The position numbers and the translations under genes were made by a program. A DNA stretch of 63,872 nucleotides, filler included, from Lenisia limosa (Eukaryota > Protista > Breviatea), in NCBI GenBank assembly GCA_001655205.1. It is 10 parts of 10 records of this genome, joined end to end, with 100 filler letters (N's around TTAATTAATTAA, not from the genome) between each part and the next. Parts side by side here need not be neighbours in the genome. Positions count along the whole stretch, not along the records: positions 29,278 to 40,063 come from LPNZ01009934.1; positions 40,164 to 48,201 come from LPNZ01011588.1; 8 more parts are not named here. One strand, given 5' to 3'. This document shows positions 35,489 to 47,300 of this stretch, piece by piece (positions within the stretch are counted from its first letter, which is position 1; each line of letters starts with the position of its first letter). Under the pieces are notes generated by a model. That model did no database searches and was not told the DNA's origin. It saw only the letters and a list, made by a program, of their open reading frames with translations.

Positions 35489-38400
35489 ATGGCCATAGAC
35501 GCTGAATCCCTTAAAATTGAGGGTAATAATCTTTTTAAAGGTTTGCATTAAGTAATTGTCTTCCTCATATGACTCATTCTACCTCTGCTGCGCCTTCTAA
35601 CCAATTCAGAACATCACTTTGAATTGGCCATCAAGAAATGTAAGTCCGTGACTCCCTTAACCTCCTTACCACCTAGATCAAGAAGCTCTTGATCATGCCG
35701 AAGATGGTCAGGTCAAGGCCGTGATCCTCTCCAACATGTCTTTTTGCAAGTGGGAAGGGAACACACCCCAAGAACACCATGACCTCCACCATAGTTACAG
35801 CGTCTAACATCGTTCAGCTTCAAGCTTGAAAACTTTGGCCTGTCGATTACGGAGGCGGAGCAGGCGGTTGAAGCANNNNNNNNNNNNNNNNNNNNNNNNN
35901 NNNNNNNNNNNNNNNNNNNNNNNNNNNNNNNNNNNNNNNNNNNNNNNNNNNNNNNNNNNNNNNNNNNNNNNNNNNNNNNNNNNNNNNTTTGGTGACAAAG
36001 ACATGTATTGAATTAACTAATTGGAAAGGGGATGGGAAGCAGTCTGTACAAAGAACAAAGAGGAGACAAATTCATTCGATTGCTTGGCCCTTATTTATTA
36101 TGCATTTTAGCCTTTTAAGCTGAAAATATGAAGATATGGACATTTTATATATTACCCCCCCCCCTCCCTTTTTAATCTGTTCTTTATGCCCATTAAACCT
36201 TTTAATCCTTTAACCATGACCATTTCAATCATTTAAATCATGGGCATTTTGATCATTGTAACCATTTTGCCGATCTGGTCTTTTGACCATTTTAGGCCCG
36301 TTACCGCATGGGGTCCGCTCACCTCGCTCTGAGACAGTTCGACAAGGGTCTGTCCCAGTTCAAAATGGTGGGCTAAGGGTGAACTAATATTATACTATAA
36401 TCCAATACCTCTTATAAGCGTGTTGGTGTTGACGACTTCGGCCAGATCCAACTTTTTATTGGGGGGGGGGGCATTATTGTTAGGTGAACATATATTATGC
36501 TTTTTTTTATTGTTCTCATTNNNNNNNNNNNNNNNNNNNNNNNNNNNNNNNNNNNNNNNNNNNNNNNNNNNNNNNNNNNNNNNNNNNNNNNNNNNNNNNN
36601 NNNNNNNNNNNNNNNNNNNNNNNNNNNNNNNNNNNNNNNNNNNNNNNNNNNNNNNNNNNNNNNNNNNNNNNNNNNNNNNNNNNTTTTTTTTTGTTTAATA
36701 AACTTTCCTATTATAGTTGGTTGCTCGTGTTTGTTATAGCTTGTTTTTTGGAGTTTCAGATTATTCGGTTCGTGATTAGTACCTTTACGCCAATATGCTT
36801 TATCGAAATTTCCTTCGTTTTACCCCCCCCCCCCAGGNNNNNNNNNNNNNNNNNNNNNNNNNNNNNNNNNNNNNNNNNNNNNNNNNNNNNNNNNNNNNNN
36901 NNNNNNNNNNNNNNNNNNNNTTGGACCAGTGCAAAAAAGCTATTGCGTGGGAGGGGGGTATGCACGTGACGAATAGTGGGTTTTGTTGAGACACTTAATA
37001 GGTTGTAAATCAGCGCGAGGCTCTCACTTTAGAGGTTTTATTTTCACGGAGTCAAATATCGACGTTTTGAATGGCTTCGGTCCGAGCCAACGCCAACCTA
37101 TTATTAGAGCTTCACTTTCGGTTCCAAGAGACTGAAAAAAAATATCGACATTTATCGAAGAAATATCGAGAGTCTTTTTTTGGAGCAGAAAGCGGAGCTC
37201 TACCGATTAACCAATTCATCATAATTCATCATCACCAAACTATCAACTATCAATACCAAACTAACTTATCATAACCAACTTATCGTAGCCCTTATCATAA
37301 CCAAACGCAGCGCGATTCGCTTTAGCGAAGCTATTCGATCCGATGAGGAGGAGAAGTCTGTGTTTGACCGTCTTCAGCCCGATCAGCTCGCTCGTGGGGG
37401 GGGGGNNNNNNNNNNNNNNNNNNNNNNNNNNNNNNNNNNNNNNNNNNNNNNNNNNNNNNNNNNNNNNNNNNNNNNNNNNNNNNNNNNNNNNNNNNNNNNN
37501 NNNNNNNNNNNNNNNNNNNNNNNNNNNNGCTGTAGGCACGCAGAAACCTGTGTGCATAGAGTTGTAAGGCAAATTATTTGGTACACTATATTCCAATATC
37601 TCTTATAAGTGTGATGGTGTGGACGGCTTCTGCCAGATACAACCTTATATTTAATTTCTTATTGTTATCTGTAAATATAACACAGCTTTACTTACATAAT
37701 ATTCATTTTAGGAATGAGTGATATATTTCGACATTTCATTGGGCTTTTTTGAGACGCGAAACCAAAATTTTACTGGGCAAACCAAACCGAAGCTTTCCTC
37801 ACCCAGCAGAGCCGCCAGCATCCTACAAGGGCCCGGTCCTTACCGGCGACTCGGTTGTTGATGGCGAATTCTGCGAGGCTCTCACTGTGTTCCAAAGGGA
37901 TGGTGGCCTGCTTCATTTGAGGTCAGCGGGATTGATAAGAAACAAGAAATAGCTACAATAATAACAATAGAAACAAGAAATAGCCACAATAACTACAAAA
38001 GGTCTTGTTGTTGTTATTGTGGCTATTTCTTGTTTCTTCATAGAATTGGGGTTTCTTTCCCTCCTCCCAAGAATAACCGCACGTTAATATTTCATATATA
38101 TTATGAACAATAAGAGTGAAATGCTATTTAAAACGCACACTATCATTGTTCTCTCTGTTTTATCTTTTTAGGTCATTGATGGAACTGATGGTTCGACTTC
38201 GTGATGTTCTTGAGGCCTGTGATACTCTTGTTGATGTANNNNNNNNNNNNNNNNNNNNNNNNNNNNNNNNNNNNNNNNNNNNNNNNNNNNNNNNNNNNNN
38301 NNNNNNNNNNNNNNNNNNNNNNNNNNTCGAAAAGCATACTATTATACTTCTATGATATCACTTCGTTCCAAAAACAACTAAAACTTGATAAAATTCTCGA

Positions 38401-40024
38401 AAACTATCAATGTTTTATTGGAGACCGAAGTGACACCGAATTGGTAACACAAGGACAAACAACAATTATTATACTATTTATCCTATTAATGATGTATAAT
38501 TGGATCCCATTCCATGTAATATTTTGCAGTTGAGCAGCATTGACTCACAGTCATTGTTTTGATTGATATGATCGGATTTCTCTTTTTGAAAAATCTCTCA
38601 GGACTTTTACCACATTGATTGATTTGATCGAAATCAGGACTTTTGCCACGATAACTCTATACAGTGACCGGGATAAGTCTTGACAGATTTGCTCTATGGT
38701 TTCCCAAGGAAAATATGTCAAGACTTCTCCCGGTCAGTGTATCATATCACATGTTAACAATGGGGGGGAAACATGACCATTTAGTATCCGATCAAAGAAA
38801 ACGGCCAAGTCACTGTTTGTGGCGACACTCACGGCCAGTACTTCGATACCCTCAATATCTTTGAAATCAACGGCAAGCCCTCCAATGACAACCCGTGGGG
38901 ATNNNNNNNNNNNNNNNNNNNNNNNNNNNNNNNNNNNNNNNNNNNNNNNNNNNNNNNNTAATATCAAGAGCAATTCGTAAATTCCCCATACTGAATTTTT
39001 AGAAAATTCCTCGATATTTATATTATAATACATTTGCATTCACCACATTAGTTACATCTTCAACGGAGACTTTGTTGACCGAGGCTCATGGTCGATTGAG
39101 AACTTCTTGCTTCTTGCTGCCTACAAGGTTTGGGACTCTCTAGTCAACTTCTTTTTTGAAAGTGATCGTGTGGACGGCTTCTGCCTGATACTAGATCCAG
39201 TAGCTTTATAACATAGGTTGCTTACGACTAACCACCACATAGGTTACTTACAACTAAGCTTAACACTAACATCAAAGGTTGCTTACAACTAAGCTCAACA
39301 CTAACAACATAGGTTGCTTATCATTAAAAACAGTGGTTGTTTATTACTAACAAATAGGTTGCTTACCCCGAACACGTTCACCTCACCCGCGGCAACCACG
39401 AGACCATTAACATGAACATGATGTACGGTTTCCAGGGGGAGGTTGAGAAGAAGTACAACAAAACTTTGTTCCCAGTGTTCACCGAGGTGAGGACTGCTGT
39501 TTGCTTTGATGCTTTTGTGTTTCGCTTACTAATATGTACTGATTAGATCTTCTCTTTCGAATCTAACAGACGTCTTAAAGGAAGTACATAGTATCTCTAT
39601 CAAAGTACTAATAGTAGCGTGACTTTTTGTTCAGAATCTGTTGCTACTTTTTTTTTTTATCTGATCCGATTTTAGGTCTTCCGTCTCCTTCCCCTCGTGC
39701 TTGTTGTTGACAAGGCTTTCTTCATCACACACGGTGGCCTCCCGATGAAGGTTAGGGGGGNNNNNNNNNNNNNNNNNNNNNNNNNNNNNNNNNNNNNNNN
39801 NNNNNNNNNNNNNNNNNNNNNNNNNNNNNNNNNNNNNNNNNNNNNNNNNNNNNNNNNNNNNNNNTTCACATGCAGTTATTAATGCGTATTCTTGGCATAT
39901 TCTTGGCGTTGTTACGTAATTATTAATGCGTATTCATGGTGTTGTTACGTATTCATGGCGTAGGAGGATATTACTCTTGACGACATCCGTACGCTCAACC
40001 GCAAACGCGAGCCCCCTCAAACCG
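35489..40024 (+). CDS. PPP5C: Serine/threonine protein phosphatase 5 (TPR + PPP domain), 3'-partial
   Basis: [17 protein letters not shown] (TPR start); YQEALDH..ILSNMSF; [18 protein letters not shown]; YKGPVL; [22 protein letters not shown]; [13 protein letters not shown]; [16 protein letters not shown]; HGGLP; [16 protein letters not shown]. Confidence 0.95.
37107..37200. mobile_element. MITE family A copy (intronic in PP5)
   Basis: TA|GAGCTTCACTTTCGGTTCCAAGAGACT...AGTCTTTTTTTGGAGCAGAAAGCGGAGCTC|TA. Confidence 0.7.
38662..38739. mobile_element. MITE family B copy (78 bp, TA target site, Tc1/mariner-like ends)
   Basis: TA|CAGTGACCGGGATAAGTCTTGACA...TGTCAAGACTTCTCCCGGTCAGTG|TA; 24-bp inverted repeat with 2 mismatches. 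Confidence 0.8.
39213..39366 (+). repeat. Tandem array of 3' splice-site cassettes in a PP5 intron
   Basis: AGGTT(G/A)CTTA at about 39215, 39241, 39276, 39311 and 39356, mostly preceded by CTAAC. The last copy is the real AG|VAYPEHVHL acceptor. Confidence 0.75.
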
Positions 40025-40063
40025 GTGCGGGGAGTTAGAGTATATAGTCCTGGGGGGGGGGGG

Positions 40064-40163
40064 NNNNNNNNNNNNNNNNNNNNNNNNNNNNNNNNNNNNN
40101 NNNNNNNTTAATTAATTAANNNNNNNNNNNNNNNNNNNNNNNNNNNNNNNNNNNNNNNNNNNN
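40064..40163. other. Artificial scaffold linker
   Basis: 44N + TTAATTAATTAA (40108-40119) + 44N. Confidence 0.98.
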
Positions 40164-41324
40164 ACATATTTATCTCTTGTCTTACAGGTTCCTTCAGTTG
40201 ACCTTTTTTGTACAAACATTGAGAAGAACATAGTATGGGGTAATTGTTGGAACCAAATTTTGAAAATAAATATTATTGCTAGTAATTACATATATATTAC
40301 ATGTAATATAGGTTGCTGTTTAAAACCGCGAACATGATTAAAACCGCTAACAAGCCAAAATTCGACATAAATCGCTTCAATAACACCCGTTTTAGTGTGA
40401 AATTCGGCAGTTTTGAGTACTAGACTATCAATAACATCAAAAAAAAGAAATTTTGAGCAAAAAGAAGAAAAAAATGAGGTGATAAAAAAATCGAAAAAAG
40501 ATCTTTTGATCAGAATCGAATCCGGCCGGTCACCCGGTTTCTTTTACGCGAAAATATTTTTTGAAACCCCCCTCTTTCAGAATAATAGCATTTTGAGCCT
40601 ATTAAAGTGCCCCACTATAGAAATGCAGATTTTTAAGGAGAATTCGAATCTGAAGTCCATTTTTGGAGAAAATGTGATTTTGAGGTATTTAAGTCAACTT
40701 TTGTAACGGTTTTTTCAAGAATTTTTCTTGTTCAGTCTCTATAATGGAGAGCCATTGGACAAATTAGACGTCTGATTAAAGTATATGCTGCGTCAACAAC
40801 CCATTTACCGTTCTGGAATGTCACAAAAGGTAAGAGTCAAATTCGCTTGATTTATTAACATCTTCTATCATATTTTCGCCCATTTATCGGTAATTTACGC
40901 TCACGTATCTACTTAAATGTCTCTAGGTTACTCAAGAGTGGAAAAAAAATCAAATTTGATGGTGCAAGAACGTCTTCACTTTATCGCAGGGACAATTCTA
41001 GGCNNNNNNNNNNTGTACCATGAAGGTGGTATTTTGCATGTATGTTGATACCCCTGCCTATTCTTATGAATAAAATCCTGTATAAAGGAGTGTTCCGGGC
41101 GATAATTTGCAAAAAATGCGAAAGAGGCATAAATAAGGAGCGTATTGACTCAAAAATAGAAATAAAAGCCTCCTTTTTGTTCGCGGTTTTAACTATAAAT
41201 ACAATATTTCGGGCTTGGTATGGTTTCAGTTTTTTAAATAATGAACATCATGTAATATTTCATTCACCTCCAATAATAAAATTAAGATATGATACATGAT
41301 TCACAACATTTTAGAGGACAATTT

Positions 41325-44300
41325 TCAATTGTAGAGAGAATGGTTAATTAAAGCCGGAAGAGGTTCAATGATAGTACCTAAGGATTCCTCAATCTCAAAT
41401 AGAGCAATTCTGTCCTGAAAAGTGATTAAATTTATTGCTAAACCAATCAAATAATAAGAGTAAAAAACAAACTTGTCCATATCTACCAGAACGTCCAATG
41501 CGGTGTAAATATGAATCAGCAGCTTCAGGTAAATCAAAATTTATAACAACATTCACAGAAGGAATGTCAATCCCGCGAGTGAATAAATCGGTTGAGACAA
41601 GAACTCTTGAATCCCCATTACGAAAGTCATGAAACACCCGATTTCTTTCGTTCTAAAAGGTTATGAGTAGCTGAGCATTAAAAAATAGCTTTCAAGATTT
41701 TTGAAAATATTAATACAAAAGTGTGCATATGCATAACACATGCAGGAATTGTCATGATTTGTTAACGCTGCTGGGTTTGTTCTTAAGAAGGCTGCTGAGA
41801 CATACTGAAAGCTCTAATAAGAAAGCTGATGTTTGTGTCGATATCAATATACTAAAACATCTTTATCACGCCTTGTTCGTCACTCGGAACCTCCTTAAAA
41901 CAACCGCGGAAATCCTTGAATGCCATATCCCTCGGGAACATACGATGAAATATGAGAAATGTCATATTGTGAGTGATCTCAATCAAAAAGGTCGAAATTT
42001 GTCATATAAAAAACACTTCTTACTACAAAATTCAGTGAAGCAGAGCCAAGAAGATATCCAATATTATGTTTCAGTTTTTATAGTAAAGGCGACCTTAAAG
42101 AAGTGAAGCTTTTTGCTAATTATATATATGCGTAATTATGTAATAGTATTACTTTTCTGTTCTTTCTAAAAGGTGAAGTCAGGTTTTGTTGCTACTTAAA
42201 AAGAATTCTACAAAATGTAACTAATGTAAAATGATGTAGTGTTTATAGTTTTCCCCCCCCTTCCTTTCTGCTTTCAGCCTTAACATTCAGAGAGCTTCTT
42301 TTGAGGATGATTGACTGGAGCTTTTCAAGGATCTTCTAAAAGTTGCTGGGTTCCTCCTTTACTCTTCTCTTCTTTGTTGTTCTCTGTAGTGCTTAGCGCT
42401 ATAAACAAAATAAACACAAATAATCATGATTTCAGGAGTTCAGTTGATCTCAACTTCCTCCTCAACTGATCGATCACGCTAAAGACCTGTCCTTTGGGGA
42501 GTATCATGAATGGGTTTTAGAATGAATTGAAGTGTTTTTGTACGTTTTTGTGTGTCAACTTTGTCTGAGAAATTGGGGTTTATGAACATTCCTTTCTGCC
42601 ATTTGTGCAGCCGAAAGGCTGCCATTTTCTTCTCTCTGTCTGAACAACGCAAAATATGACTATTCTCTAAAACAAATGGGGTTCAATGAGTCAAAATATG
42701 TCATATATATCAGATAGTATATCCTATTTCCGCGAGTAAATAAATATGATAATTGTCATATTTTATGCTCCCACGGGTAAAAAAAGAAGAATGATAAATG
42801 TCATATTTTTCCATTATATTCATCATATATATATATGACATTCCGATGACGTGTCACCCCATATCCCCCATCCTTCTTACCCCCTTTATCCCCTTTGTCC
42901 CGTAAATGATGTTTTATGCTTCTAATAGTTCGATCAGAGCGACAAATATGATTTTGTGAAAAAAAAATGACCCCAAGACGAAAAATATGACTTTTCTGCT
43001 TTCTAAAGTTAAACGATGGTTGTCATTAGATCCTTAAGATATGGTTTTCCTCATTGGATCCTCTATGGAGTTTTTTTTGGAGAAAGTTCTTGTTGAACAA
43101 GAAGGTTGTTAGTATTTACCATGCTGATTGACTTTATTAGGTTCTTTACTTGTCAAAACGAAAGATTTCTTCTCTTATTGTTGATGACATCCGCCCCACA
43201 TCTGTCAAGCGCTGCGAGCCTGGTCGTCATTTGAATGTGGCGGGGGGNNNNNNNNNNNNNNNNNNNNNNNNNNNNNNNNNNNNNNNNNNNNNNNNNNNNN
43301 NNNNNNNNNNNNNNNGTTTCTGAATTGGTGAACCAAAAAAAGACACGTTAGAACACATAATAATAATGGGGGTGAGGATATCTAATGAATGAGGGAGGTA
43401 CATAGCAAATATCTATTTGCTCTTCCGTTTCTGAATTCACTCCGCCAGCAATATGACCAACAAAAGAAGTTCGTTTGGAAAAGCATTTTTTCGGCCAATT
43501 TCACAGAAAATAGCGTATGAGGTTGTTTTGCTGACTAGAGTTATTGATTTTTCTTTGTCGTTTAAATCTTGAAGGTTGTTCTTAACCCCTCCATTGCGGA
43601 AGTTTGCCAAAACAACTGGAAAATGAGCGTTGAGAAGGTGAACGCGAAGGCAAAAGGTAGTAGGAGTACCGGATCCAGACAATTGATTCTTTCACTATCT
43701 CCCTTTTATTCGTTCACTACCCTTTATTCGTTCACTACCCCCGTTTATTGGCATTTCTGTAGGCGATTGGGAGTCCAATGGTTCTATCCCTTTTTTTAAA
43801 GATAAGAAATTACATTACCTTCACGGGTCTTCAATCAAAAATTTGGTGACGTCGATCAGGGACATTGCTGAAGAAGCGGGCGGTGATGGTTAATCCAGCA
43901 CATTCCAAGATCGTGTCCCTGTAAGGGGGGGACTTGTGTGTTTAATTACAATGATACTTTACTTTTTACTCTTTAATCGGCAATATTGACTATGAACACC
44001 ACCTTACACCGACAAACACGGCGCTGACAGATGTGCATTGTGCACTACCTAATTGACCAATCAATGATCAACGCTCAAATTGCCTACTCTGACTTCCTCC
44101 CCTCTGCTGGACGCCCAGCTACTGACCGCAAGAGCTTACACATGCGCGTCACCGAGGCCCTTATTGGCATGTCCCCCTTCTCAACCACCAACAGCAGTAT
44201 TCCCTCACCCAAGAAGGTTGGAATTGGTTCCTGATGCTAAGATTGTGTGATTAATTTCACATTATTTTGAGAAAGTGTTATTATGAATGATTTAATATTA

Positions 44301-47300
44301 CTTTGACTCAAGCAAAGCTCCGATAAACTATCGATTATTTTCGTTATTTTATCTGTCTTTTCAAGGTCAAATGAACATACATAAATTTTAGGATACTATG
44401 AATTTGTCCTTTGTTTGATCGTATTTATTCACTTGTTTTCCCATGTTAACAGCTCAGACAGCAGCACTCCTCAACATCCTTCAATTCGTGCTCTTGTTGG
44501 TGATGTCGCTAAGCACTTCACCGCTGTGGCCATTGCAGTTCTGGAAAGTTGGCCTCCAAGAAAATCTGGACCAATCTATTCTGTGCGGGTTGTGGTGTTT
44601 TTCTTTGTCCATCTTGTTCTTACAATGTTCATTCTTTAATGTTCAAGGCTTGATGTGGTTTGTGCTTATGGTAATTAGGGTGTTTTGATGTGATTAACAT
44701 TTAAGTTTGGAAATGTATGTTTTTTTTAAGGAAATTGGGCGGTTGTTTTTTATTTGATTAAAGAAGGGTTTCAAATGGGAAAGTTGTATCGGATAGTAGA
44801 TGAATAAACGAAGAATAGGCCTTCCTTTAAGCGATTTATGTATATTAATCAATACTGTATTGATTATGACTCAATAATGACTCAAGTCGATTTTAAGAAA
44901 GGAGTACAGAGGCAAAAGTGGCGTAAATCACATTCAATATTACGCGGAATACTTCAGATATTCGAGAACTTTCCCTCAAAAGGTCAAAGTGCAGGCTGTT
45001 TTATCTTTTACAGAAGATAGTCGCTGAATGTAGTGCTGATTGGTTCCTGCGCCAGTTTCCAGTATAATATGTACTGCTAAAAGTCTTGTGCAAATACCAA
45101 AAACATGATCAGATTGTCCTCAATAAACGCCATTATTTGCAGCAATTGTCCAGAATAACGTGCTTCGGATATACGAGACAACTTCCCCATTTGAAATCCT
45201 GCTTTTATCATGAGTTTTTATCGCTTAATACCAGAAAAGCACTTGGGTTAACTTAGTGGGAGATGACAAGACAAAAAAGAAAGAACAAAAAAAAAAGAGC
45301 AGAGACAAAAACAAAAAAGAATATGATATTTATATATATATAGATGTTAATGTTTGGGGTGAAATGTACTGATGTCATGTCACTAATCTGGTGATCCAAA
45401 ACTCAAGTATTTGAAACTACCAAGTAAATGGTAACCTAGATCATATGAACTTATACAGTGACCGAGATAACAACAAACTTATTTCGCAAATCGGTCAAGA
45501 TATATCGCGTCACTGAAATTCTCATTAGCTGATTTTTTTGTGCACTTTATCACTCAATTGAGCCTAATGATAGCAAAAAACCTGCATCTTTTGTCAGCGT
45601 AGCCAAGGATCACGATAAGTTCTTGAAATCTGACGCTTAATGTCATTTGTAGAAGTAAGCAACCTATTTGAGTTAAAAAGAAGGAATCATTAGTTAACCA
45701 ACCTCAAGAAGTTTTGAAAACTTCGACAAAGGCCCTTTTAGAAGGGGGGTTGGGAACACAACTTTCAGGTATCACGAGGTTGGCTTGGTAATTCATCATT
45801 TTATCATGACAAGAAACTAATAAAGTCAAATAGAAAATCAGCAGCTCAAACAAACTTTCGTCTTTCAGTGTCATCAACCTTCGGTTTTTCTACTAAAAAA
45901 CATCTAAGCATCCTTGAATCACTTCACAAGCGTTAAGATTTGAAAAAAAGAGTGAAAAAATAAAAATGTTAATAAATGTAGTCTAACTTATAGCAGTAGT
46001 TACATATGTAGGCACCCTTTTAAAGATCTTTTAAAAAATGCGTAAAAACCTCTCTAGAAAATGCTGAAAAGATGCATGTTAAGTAAATAACAATAAAGTT
46101 AAGGAAATAGTTGCTCTTTGCAAGACCAGTTTAGCTGGCCAAACCTGAACATATTGAACATCTTCTTGNNNNNNNNNNNNNNNNNNNNNNNNNNNNNNNN
46201 NNNNNNNNNNNNNNNNNNNNNNNNNNCATTTCTCTTAAAATATGACTTCCCATTTTCCGTTGGGCATATGATTGCTCATATACCCTCGGCACAAGTTCCT
46301 AGGGAATGGCATGGGGCATTTTCTTGGTTGTTTGCGGAGGTTCCTCGGTTCTCACTCGGCTATGACTCCTTCGTCCTTAAACCAACCTCGAAAATTCACT
46401 CCGGCCTCCCTCGGAAACAACATTTCATTTTATACGATATACTATGTCCATATTTCATTTATTATATAATACAGTTCTCATTACAATATGATTTTTTTTA
46501 CAATTTCAAAAAAAACGCCAAAAATACCCCATCAGCCGACCATCTTATTATATTAAATTGAGGGATAAAACAAAATAAGACATATGATATTAGGTTACCT
46601 TAAGATGGTCCCTTGGTCAAAATGAATTGAAGTCTTGTCTTCCACTGTTTTTTAGATATTATTTTCAAATAATCATTTAGATTTTTATATTAATAATATT
46701 TATAGGAGAAACCTCGACCAATAATAATTACATCAATTCACAAAATAAAAAAATAACCCATATTAACTCTCATACTTAACAAAAGAAAACAACAACCTGG
46801 GGCATCCTTGAATGAATGAAGAAACAAGAATATCCAATTTCAGTGATTTTTCTTGCCAACAGCTCAACCCGATTGACAGAATTACAAAAAATTATCATCT
46901 GATTAATTTGTAACATATCAAAAAAAAGTGAAAAACTTTTTTAAAAAGCGAATGAAGACAAAAAATTTTATATTGTTCTTCAACAAAAGAATAAAATTGA
47001 CTAACCCCACTTAATGTCAGTTTAGGCATCATGTTAACTTCTTTAGCGTTCTGAACAAATCTATTATCAGTAATTCGAAATAAACAAAGAGATTTTGGAT
47101 TGGATTGATGAAGGGAATGTGGCAGAAAATAAATAGGTTTGGTGATGAGCTAAAAGCAGAGATATCTTTTGACATGTACTAAAAAACTCTTCAGTCAGTA
47201 AACGATCAGCCAAATTAGAATTAAAGTCAACCTCATCAAGAACAAGAGAATTAATACATGATAAAGAAATCACTCCCCTTTCCATCAGATCCAAAAGTCT

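Noticed and set aside
11550-44030. In-frame TGA codons suggesting stop-codon reassignment (near 11553, 15858, 44023)
   Set aside because: They lie upstream of the start codon, in probable intron sequence, or in a decayed transposase. DDX6 and the poly-Q gene end in TGA and another gene ends in TAG, consistent with the standard code.
45245-45251. GGGTTAA as the right end of the piggyBac element
   Set aside because: No matching inverted left terminus was found in 41653-43140.
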